Translations under genes and position numbers: made by a program
Assembly: GCA_030141605.1 (NCBI GenBank)
Contig: JAQGDQ010001819.1
Span: 1 to 24,311, forward strand
Length of the DNA: 24,311 nt
Direction of reading: 5' to 3'
Source of the DNA: Tubiluchus corallicola
Taxonomy: Eukaryota; Animalia; Priapulida
Shown here: positions 10,254 to 19,089 of the stretch, piece by piece
Layout of the letters: each line of letters opens with the position of its first letter
Numbering within the stretch: position 1 is the stretch's first letter
The notes under the pieces: generated by a model
Told to the model about the DNA's origin: nothing
What the model saw: the letters and a program-made list of their open reading frames with translations, nothing else
Databases searched by the model: none

Positions 10254-10776
10254 ACACCTTCTTCGGACTCTACTTCTACCACGCTATCACTCTATCTAAA
10301 ATGTTGGTCTCTATCTGGAGGGTTTTATTGCTAATGATATAAATAAAAAAAGTCGGGACCAGAGGTCGATGTCGCTATCCAGAGGTTGTCATTATATTCT
10401 ACACTCAAATTTCAGAAAACAACCTACGAAAGCATTGATAATGCAACAATTCAACCCACACCCAGCTATTTACGGCTAACTACGTGCATCGCTAGACGAT
10501 GATAAGAGATTATATGTCTAGACACAGTGTCTGTTAAACATAATTAACACACGTGACATAGAAACGCATAGTATTATAGGCCTGTAATAAATAAAATTTC
10601 CTAAATTAAATGCTATAATATTTAATTTAACGTCGGCACAATATCTGCTTCAAAACAGTGAATATTCAAGAATACATCGCTATGCTAATTAACTAATAAA
10701 ATGCTTTTAAAAAAGTATATGTGACTAACATACCTTTTTGCTCTTCGTTGGCAGAATATATTTTTTTGGTATTTTG

Positions 10777-11292
10777 TCACTTTTCTGTTTTCGATTTTTT
10801 TTTTGGTTTTTGTGTTTTTTTCTTTTTTCTACTCGCTATCGATGTCCAACAGATCCGCCATAAATTTGCCGAATCTAGGAATCGATTTTCTGCCGAATCT
10901 AGGAACCGATCTTCCGCCCCTTCACACCAGCTCCTCTTGGCTTCACGTAATAGGCAGGCCAGTTTGAACACATCAAAAATCTCACATGGCTCTAATGTAA
11001 TACAATACTCTTGTCTATTCACTAAATATACCCTTCCGGGAGCCACAAATTTTAGTAATTTCGCCATAACCGGCATTCCAAACATTCGACTCATTTGAAA
11101 CAGTATGATGACCTCCTATAAAAATGAATATAAGCCCTCATTAATATTCCTTTAAGCAACATCATTTTACTGCTGTAATTTAATTCACACGATTTTAGCT
11201 CCAAAATTACAAATATAGCGATTGTGATTGCTACTAGAAATTAAGTAAAAGAAAATGATGTATTTACCTCATCAATTACCAACTTTCCGTAT
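10777..11292 (-). pseudogene. Family A copy 4 (exon 1 remnant 11292-11268, intron 11267-11116, exon 2 from 11115)
   Basis: YGKLVIDE|GTAAAT ... tttatAG|EVIILFQMSRMFGMPVMA; internal 24-nt duplication (AEDRFLDS/AENRFLDS). Confidence 0.85.
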
Positions 11293-11882
11293 ACGAGCCC
11301 CGTTGAAGTTAGTAGAACGAATAGTCAACATATTAAACTAAGATTACGGCTAGATTAAACTCGGAACTGCTAATTTAGATAACCGAGTTGAATAAATGCG
11401 CTGATCAAATGTTTTAGTGTGGGGTTTTAATTACTAAAATGATTTCAAAACGGATAATGTTTTAAAAAGGGAAATGAAGATTTTATCTTGACTATCTATA
11501 ATTTTAAATTCTAATGAACACTTACAAGAAAAACCAACTACCTGTCAGAAAATATGCTTTATCTTACGTTTAGTCATAATGCAATTCAACCCCAGTTAAT
11601 TACGGCGAATTACGCAAGATTATATATATATCGTCTAGACAACCGTCTGTTAAACTGAGCGCGCGGACCCATAAACGCAGAGTATTATCAGTAAATTAGT
11701 ATTTCCCCAAGCAGTGGGAAAGAAGACGTTTTCTTTGGAGATTTAAAATAGCGAATATCCGATTATTGTATAATAATTCACTCTGCTAAATGACTAACAA
11801 AATTCCTTTAAGAGATAAGTTTAAAACAAAAGAAAACATGAATCTGACATACCATTTCGGCGTTGTCCTTTTCTTCCTGGTG

Positions 11883-12281
11883 TCACGTTAGATTAAATAG
11901 TTCACGTTAGATTAAATAGTTCACGTTAGATTAAATAGTTCACGTTAGATTAAATAGTTCACGTTAGATTACATAGTTCACGTTAGATTACATAGTTCAC
12001 GTTAGATTAAATAGTTCACGTTAGATTAAATAGTTCACGTTAGATTAAATAGTTCACGTTAGATTAAATAGTTCACGTTAGATTAAATAGTTCACGTTAG
12101 ATTAAATAGTTCACGTTAGATTAAATAGTTCACGTTAGATTAAATAGTTCACGTTAGATTACATAGTTCACGTTAGATTAAATAGTTCACGTTAGATTAC
12201 ATAGTTCACGTTAGATTACATAGTTCACGTTAGATTAAATAGTTCACGTTAGATTACATAGTTCACGTTAGATTAAATAGT
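11883..12281. repeat. Minisatellite, 21 x 19 bp TCACGTTAGATTA(A/C)ATAGT
   Basis: Counted directly: 15 A-type and 6 C-type units, no spacers. Confidence 0.98.
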
Positions 12282-12335
12282 TTTTTTTGGGGTTTTCTAT
12301 TTTGTCATTCTTTGTGTGTTTTCTTCTCCTTTCTT

Positions 12336-12876
12336 TTACTCCGCCAGCCACATCTCCTCAATACCTTCATACCAACTTCGCTTGGCTTCCCGTAGTTGGG
12401 AGGCCAGCTCGAAAATGTTGAAAATCTCCGAAGTGTCTGTAGCGATGCAATAATGTTCTCTATTTAGGAACCGCACTCTTCCAGGAGCGAACCGGTCTAG
12501 CAAATCTGCCATGACTGGCATTCCAAAGATTTGACTTATTTTAAAGATTACTAATTCCTCCTGTCAAATGAATATAAATCCTTATTAATAACCTTCTTTG
12601 AGGCAAACTTTTTTTTAGCTTCAAAATCAACAATACAGTGATTTTATTGATACTGGTATCATAATTGTGATTATTACTAAAATTATTACTTACTCCATTA
12701 ACGACGGATTTCCCGTAGAAACGTTCGAACGTTCCTGGGAAATTAATATCTCTTATTTTACGCGAGACCCGTTGCAAAAGGTACTCGCCCTCGTCTAGAA
12801 CGTCATAGATGCTTCCGTCGTTTGGGCTGGGCACCACACCCAACATATATGCATGCGTTGGAACTTCTGCTTCCAT
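12336..12876 (-). CDS. Family A copy 5, the best preserved: exons 12876-12694 and 12560-12336, 135 aa
   Basis: A phase-0 GTAAGT...gacAG intron of 133 nt joins GKSVVNG to EELVIFKISQIFGMPVMA in frame. The C-terminus is about 13 aa shorter than in copy 6. Confidence 0.8.
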
Positions 12877-13445
12877 TGTAAGATAGTTATGAACTAGCGA
12901 CTTTTAACCACAAACTTTACAGCACACTGGTAAAATTGAAAAGAGACTGCCTAGGAGGGAACTTCGTAATAGAATCTCATCATTACTACATATGCTGTGT
13001 ATAGAATCTCATCATTACTAAGCAATTAAAGTCTTTATGACCAAAATTAGACACAGAACCGAACCTTAATGACCATTCGGATCTATCATTTATCTTGAAA
13101 ACCATGACTGCAAAAACTTTTCCCACGAACATTTACTATCAGCTGTCCAGGCCAAAAATATTGCAAGTGGACACGTGCTTCTATCGCCCCCCCCCCCCCC
13201 CTAGATCAACTCTGATCGGATTTCAAGACTCGCCAAATAAGTCGAGATTGCTAATTGAGCCACACTTATTTGCGCATGCGCACATGCGCCAGTGATTCCC
13301 TTTTAAATAAATATCAGTTACATAACAATTCCATTCATCTAGATTTCTCTCCCAGTAGTGGACTGTGAATAAAGCTAAGATCAATTTTATTGTGAATACA
13401 TATTAATCTTGCTAAGTCATAGTTTAAATTTTTGTGACACAAATT
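12877..13445. promoter_or_regulatory. Divergent promoter region between family A (-) and env (+); second copy at 15854-16501
   Basis: TGCGCATGCGCA (NRF-1/Ewg-type palindrome) at 13271-13282 and TCAGTT initiator at 13314-13319; both are largely retained in the second copy. Confidence 0.6.
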
Positions 13446-14278
13446 ATGGACCTTTCAGGAAATACATAAGTTTATCTTAATTTATTCTAACTTTTACCAA
13501 TTTAGAGTCTTAGAATATACAAATTTATAAACGACCTGTATAGGACAATCTAAATAATAATTCCTTTCGAATTTTTTCCAGGACCAGTAATTTCAAACTT
13601 TTATACAAAATTCTCATAGTGGCGATGTTCCTAAATCTCTGCATCTTTAATTCCTTACAATCACCACCAAACCCAGTTCCTTTTAAAACAGGCCCAGGGG
13701 TTATATTTAAACAGAAATTAAATACTCCAGTTTCTAATGCAAGATGGCTGCTAATCGCGCCAATACAATTGGATCATATCCAAGATTTTCTAACCCGAAC
13801 ACTCCATGAAATTCAGCAGTTAAAACTAATTAAAAAGCCTGTTACAGTGATTAAAGCTTTTAAAACTGCTATTAAAAATAGAATCAGAAATCAACAATTT
13901 CGCTTGAATTCTATTAATAATTTAATTGCCACATCTAGCCATGAAAATCACGTCATTAAGAGAAGCATTTTTCCAAATTTAGGACATGCGTTCAAATTTC
14001 TAATTGGGTCAGCAACAGAGGAAGATCTTAGAAATCTTCAAGATCAAATTACAAGCATCTTTAACACGCAACAAACCACGCAAGATATTTTAGAAAATAA
14101 TCTAGCTGTTATTAATAGCTCGTTAATTCGCTCCGCTAGAAATACAGAGTTAATATATGACTTAGTCAACGCTTCAGTTCAAACTCGACATTACATTAAC
14201 AAATTGTCAAAAAAGTTTATAATAAGTTTATACTTATTTAATTTAGTTTTAGAGAAGATAACATGCAAAATTAATTAG
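13446..14278 (+). pseudogene. env: Envelope fusion glycoprotein (baculovirus F / errantivirus env family), spliced, 3' truncated near 14210
   Basis: Signal peptide LLYKILIVAMFLNLCIF, GPGVIF...W, basic cleavage site plus fusion peptide VIKR|SIFPNLGHAFKFLIGSATEED, then a heptad region. Mini-exon 13446-13465 with donor mutated to ATAAGT; exon 2 from 13582. Confidence 0.85.
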
Positions 14279-14313
14279 CAAATGCATAAGTTCCAGAGAG
14301 GGGTATTGCTCGG

Positions 14314-14418
14314 ATGATTTAAAAGAATATTTCACACTATATTGCCCTGATGATTTAAAAGAATATTTCACACTATATTGCTCTGATGATTTAAAAGAAT
14401 ATTTCACAATATATTGCT
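14314..14418. repeat. 36-bp tandem repeat, about 3 copies
   Basis: ATGATTTAAAAGAATATTTCACACTATATTGC(C/T)CTG. Confidence 0.93.
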
Positions 14419-15237
14419 AAGAACATTTGTATTGAGTACTTAAATAAATACTTATATTGAATACTTCAGAAAAGTGTGTTAAAATTCACGCTGTATTATT
14501 CTACAAAACGAAGCTCTAATTAGCGAGCCCTGTTAAAGCTAGTAGAACGAATAGTCAACATATCAAATCAAGATGACAGCTAGATTAAAATCGGAACTGC
14601 TAGTCTAGATCACCGAGTTAAATAAATGCGCTGATTAAATGTTTTAATGTTGGGTTTTATTTCAAAACGGATAATGTTTTGAAAGGGGAAACAAAGATTT
14701 TATTCTGACTATCTATAATTTGAAAATTATAACGAACACTTGCAATAATGAACACTTGCAAAAAACTCCTCTAGCATTAATTACTAACCGTCCTTTCCGA
14801 TTGATATCAATTAATTGTCAGAAAATATAATTTATCTCACGTTTAGCTATAATTCAACTCACCCCTAGTTAATTACGGCAAATTACGCGCATCAGTAGAC
14901 GACGATAAAAGATTATATATAGTCTAGACAGGCGTCTGTTAAACCTAACACATGTGACACAGAAACGCATAGTATTATCAGTAAATTATTATTTCTCTAA
15001 GCAGTAGGAAAGAAGACTCCTTCGTAGATTTAAAATAGCGAATATTCTATAATAACTCACTATGCTAAATGACTAACAAAATTCCTTTAAGATATAGGTG
15101 TTTAAAACATGAATCTAACATACCATTTGGCTTTGTCCTTTTCTCCTTTGCTTTTAAATGGTTTTAAATAGTTCTTTTTGATTTTTTGTATTTTGTCAAT
15201 TTTTTTGTGTTTTTTTCTTTTTTTCTTCCTCCATCCA

Positions 15238-15853
15238 CTAGTCGCTCTCCACATCAATTAAATGTGGCAGTACCTTGAAAGAAGTAAGCCACATTTCTTC
15301 CGTCCCGTCATACCAGCTCCGCTTGGCTTCCCGTAATATGGAGGCCAGTTCGAAAATATTAAAAATTTCACAGGGGTCCATAGCCACACAATATTGTTCT
15401 CTATTTATTAAACGCACTCTCCCTGGAGCGAAATGGTTTAATAACCTTGCCATGACTGGCATCCCATAGATCCTACTCACTTGGAAGAGTACTATTTCCT
15501 CCGTAAAATGAATATAAATCCTTATTAATATTTCTTTAGGCAAACCTCTTTTTTTCTGTAAATTCATTCACGTGATTTTAGCACCAAAGCTCCAAAATCA
15601 TCAATACAGCGATTTTATTGATACTGGTATTATAATTGTGATTATTACTAAAATTATTACTTATGCCATTAACAACCGATTTCCCATACAAATGCCAGAA
15701 GATCCCCGGAAAATTTATGCCTAGTTGCCTAATCCGACGTGATATCTGTTGTAGAAGGTACTCTGCTTCACATAACACGTCATAAATGCTGTCGTCGTTA
15801 GGACTGGGCAACACACCCAATAGATATGCATTCGTAGAAATCTGTGCTGCCAT
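15238..15853 (-). pseudogene. Family A copy 6 (exons 15853-15665 and 15501-15238; both splice sites mutated)
   Basis: Both exons are open, but the donor is ATAAGT and the acceptor reads ttttaCG|GAGGAA. Confidence 0.85.
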
Positions 15854-16501
15854 TGTATGCTAGGTTTTAAGAAACAAATTGATGGATAAACCGCTAACAA
15901 CAAACTACAAACTTCACCAAGCACGGGCTAAATCCAAAAGAGACTACTTAAAAGCCTAGGAGTCTCTTTTATGCTTAAGAGGCCTGGGAACTTTCGTATA
16001 CTGTGTATAGAATTTGACTCCGTTTCGGCCCCAATGCTCATTACTACGCAATAAAAGTCCTAATAGTCAAAACCCTAGACGCAAAACCGAACCATAATGA
16101 CCATTCTGATCTACAACTTATCCTGAGAAAGATGACTGCAAAATCTTTTCCCACGAACACGAACATTTCCCATGGCTTTAAGAAGAAAGATGAATTGTTT
16201 ATTACTATCAGCTGTCCAGGCCGAAATATTGTACACGGACACGTGCTATCTACCACCCCCCTAGATCAACTCTGATCGAATTTCGAAAGAACTCAAAAAC
16301 GGCACTCGCCAAATATGTCGAGATTGCTATATGAGCCACACGTCAGTGCGCATGCGCCAGGAACATGACTCCAGTCCTATCCCTTTAAAATAAATATCAG
16401 TTACCTAATAATTCCATTCATCTAGATTTCTCTCCTAGTATTGGACTGTGAATACATGTTAACTTTGCTAAGTAATAGTTTAAATCTTTGTCAAACAAAT
16501 T

Positions 16502-16771
16502 ATGGACCTTTCAGGAAATACGTAAGTTTATCTTAATTCATTCTAACTTTTACCAATTTAGAGTCTTAGAATATACAGATTTATAGACGACCTGTATAGG
16601 ACAATCTAAATAATAATTCCTTTTGGATTTTTTTTTCAGGACCAGTACTTGCAAACTTTTATACAAAATTCTTATATTGGCAATGTTCCTAAACCTATAC
16701 ATTTCTCATTCCTTACAATCACCACCAAACCCGGTTCCTTTTAAAACAGGCCCAGGAGTTATATTTAAACA
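16502..16771 (+). pseudogene. env: env copy 2, 5' fragment (exon 16502-16521, intron 16522-16639, exon 2 from 16640)
   Basis: An intact GTAAGT...ttcAG intron gives MDLSGNTTSTCKLLYKILILAMF in frame; truncated after GPGVIFK. Confidence 0.85.
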
Positions 16772-16971
16772 CTCGTCATCAATGCAAGGGATCACACTGA
16801 ACAATGTATAGTCAACACTCATAATCAAGGCAAAGATCACACTGAACAATGTATAGTCCATACTCGTCATCAATGCAAGGATCACACTGAACAATGTATA
16901 GTCAACACTCATAATCAAGGCAAAGATCACACTGAACAATGTATAATCAACACTCATAATCAATGCAAAGA
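16770..16971. repeat. 45-bp tandem repeat, about 4.5 copies, alternating variants; lies in the LTR element's 5' leader
   Basis: CACTC(AT/GT)..TCAA.GCAA.GATCACACTGAACAATGTATAGTCAA. Confidence 0.93.
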
Positions 16972-17193
16972 GCAAACGATTCTAGACACCGCTCTTAAGT
17001 TAAGTACATGGGATGTTGACCTATTAGCAAGTAATTTTAGTCTGGCAAAACTACAAACATTACAAACTTCGCCGACCAATGGAAAACCACTTGACTTTTC
17101 CCTAGAGGAAAGCCAAAAACTTATTAACTCGACAAAAATTTTTGGACCAAACTGATGAATTATTCAAAACTAATCCTGTTGACTTCTCAAATC

Positions 17194-17211
17194 ATCCTGG
17201 TCACGGCACCA
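17194..17211 (-). other. Primer binding site complementary to the tRNA-His 3' end
   Basis: TGGTGCCGTGACCAGGAT: 18 nt including the complement of CCA. Confidence 0.88.
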
Positions 17212-17512
17212 GTAAAATTAATAAGCTTGTTTGTATAGTGGTAGTACGTGTGAAGGTGACAGTAGCTGTTTATTGGCGTGAGGTGATGACAAAGCTATAA
17301 GATCTGGATTGATGATGACTAACACGTTTATTTCACAATATCATAATACATAAGTGTAAAATATATCATAGCAATGCCAAGCCCCCTGAAAGGCAAGTGC
17401 AAGTTTTATACCAGTTGGGTGGATTGAGAAACGTAGTCTCCCGAACCAATTACAAAACAGATAAATACGGGCAACCAATGAGATTACGACTAAGGCAACA
17501 CATCTGTTTACT
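17211..17512 (-). mobile_element. 5' LTR (about 302 bp) with errantivirus-style AGT...ACT ends
   Basis: Terminal inverted AGTAAA/TTTACT; last base overlaps the PBS; minus-strand TATAAAA (17410-17404) followed by AATAAA (17332-17327 and 17274-17269). Confidence 0.7.
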
Positions 17513-17563
17513 CATGCGAGGAAAACCTTGCGCACGTAATCCACTTCTCAATCCGACGCGGCC

Positions 17564-17571
17564 TATATAAA
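17564..17571 (+). promoter_or_regulatory. H2B TATA box
   Basis: TATATAAA 75 nt upstream of the ATG. Confidence 0.7.
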
Positions 17572-17638
17572 CTAAACAACACTGCTGGTTGAAACATTCA
17601 CACTGTCGTCGAACTCAGCCTTACAGAAGTTTAACAAG

Positions 17639-17965
17639 ATGCCTCCTAAACCAAGTGGAAAAGCCGCGAAGAAGGCTGGTAAAGCCCAGAAGAGACCAGC
17701 TTCTGAGAAGAAGAAGCATTTACATCACAAGGTGTTGAAGCAAGTTCATCCAGACACTGGTATCTCTAGCAAAGCTGTGAGCATCATGAACAGTTTCGTC
17801 AATGACTTGTTCGAGAGAATATCTGGAGAAGGTTCTCGTCTTGCTCACTACAACAAACGTTCCACCATCACAAGCAGAGAGATCCAGACAGCTGTCCGTC
17901 TTCTCCTTCCAGGAGAGTTGGCAAAGCACGCTGTGAGTGAAGGAACCAAGGCTGTAAATTGCTGA
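17639..17965 (+). pseudogene. H2B: Histone H2B, orphan copy with deletions
   Basis: Near-canonical H2B core; the RKESY segment and the C-terminal TKYTSSK are missing. Confidence 0.93.
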
Positions 17966-17990
17966 ACATTTTCTACCAATAAATCCAACC

Positions 17991-18006
17991 GGCCCTTTTC
18001 AGGGCC
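17991..18006 (+). terminator. Histone 3' stem-loop
   Basis: aacc-GGCCCT-TTTC-AGGGCC-ac, followed by purine-rich GAAAGGAAA. Confidence 0.95.
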
Positions 18007-18409
18007 ACTATGTCTATCCGAAAGGAAATTCTGATTTTGCTACATTTTACTAATAACAGAAACTTGCAGTGCTAATGGTTTTTTCCAACACTTACAATAG
18101 CTATAGAACAAGTAACAAATACATTGATTTGTTTCGCAACAGTCATAACAAAAATGCACCAACATACTGGATAAAGAGATATTAAGAAACAAAGTTGAAA
18201 CCAAATAACATTATATTGTTTTACAACCTTGTCTGCAGAATGGGCATCGCACTGGCACCAGGCTGACGGTCCAGAATGGGCACTTCCATATTCGGGAATC
18301 TTAGTGGAGAGGCCGTCACGTGACTGCCGCACCTTAATCTTGTGTTCAGCAGTCTGGCTTCCTAGGCGTCCTTTCTAGATATGTAACATCTTTAAATTAT
18401 CAAACCATT

Positions 18410-19089
18410 AATCATTAGATATTTAACATTTTACCGATTCTCTTTACTATGTGTCCTATTTGGCATGCTTGGCATCCGACTCAATAATTCTCCCGGTTTA
18501 ATAAAAAGATGCGACCGGGTGCAATCTTCTCTAGTATTCGTGTCATCCCGGGCAGTTCTGGCATACCGCACATCTGTACGATCGCTATTTCCTCCTGCAA
18601 AACAATTTGAGGTTTAATTAATAGATGCAGTTTATGCAGTTATCTAAAACTCAAACACTCAGTTTAACTTAATTCTTAAATAATAAAAGCGCGACCATAA
18701 GCAAACCCTTTGTTTTTGAAAATTAACTATTTCGACTCTAGCATAAAATCAATACAAGTAGCGACCTATTTTCGATTTCGATTCTAGTAGGAAATTAATT
18801 AAAATAAATAATAACTTACCCCATCCATAATCAACTTCCCGAAGGCTAAGCGGTATCGCCAAGTATATAAGCGATTACTATCTTGCTGGAGCTCACGTCT
18901 AATTCCATTTTGTAAATCACGCATTTCTAGACGTAACGTCCTCCCTTCCGCAATTCGAATGCCTAACACAAGCACGTGACGGCTGACATGGATTGAACCG
19001 TTGCATGGCTGTCGAGAAACCCCCTGCATCCTTGTGCTATCACTCAAGACTGGCAAAATAATAAACCAAATACTCTCGCTGATGAGCAA
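18410..19089 (-). pseudogene. Family A copy 7 (exon 1 to 18820, intron 18819-18595, exon 2 from 18594; in-frame stop at 18483-18481)
   Basis: VLVLGIRI...FGKLIMDG|GTAAGT ... ttgcAG|EEIAIVQMCGMPELPGMTRILEKIAPGRIFLLNRENY*VGCQACQ; closest to copy 1. Confidence 0.82.

Larger units (their letters stand above)
11294..16771. repeat. Tandem segmental duplication: 11294-13713 vs 14524-16771; a more diverged partial copy at about 10440-11290
   Basis: Colinear similarity through the RasGEF-tail remnant, spacer, family A gene, promoter and env 5' end. Confidence 0.92.

Noticed and set aside
11883-12281. CRISPR array
   Set aside because: Repeats are head-to-tail with no spacers, there are no cas genes, and the context is eukaryotic.
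12541-12693. Asn-rich coding extension (VSNNFSNNHNY...) and an apparent frameshift in family A
   Set aside because: Better explained as read-through into a GT-AG intron whose removal restores the frame.
16706-16975. Hydrophobic repeat ORF (SVDYTLFSVIFALIM)
   Set aside because: By-product of a 45-bp tandem repeat running into antisense env.
17194-17211. tRNA-His gene
   Set aside because: Only the 3' 18 nt including CCA match; the upstream sequence forms no cloverleaf. It is a PBS.
1-19089. Polydnavirus, nudivirus or Polinton provirus
   Set aside because: No DNA-virus core gene, excision repeat or polB/integrase was recognised here. Kept only as an alternative to the retroelement model.
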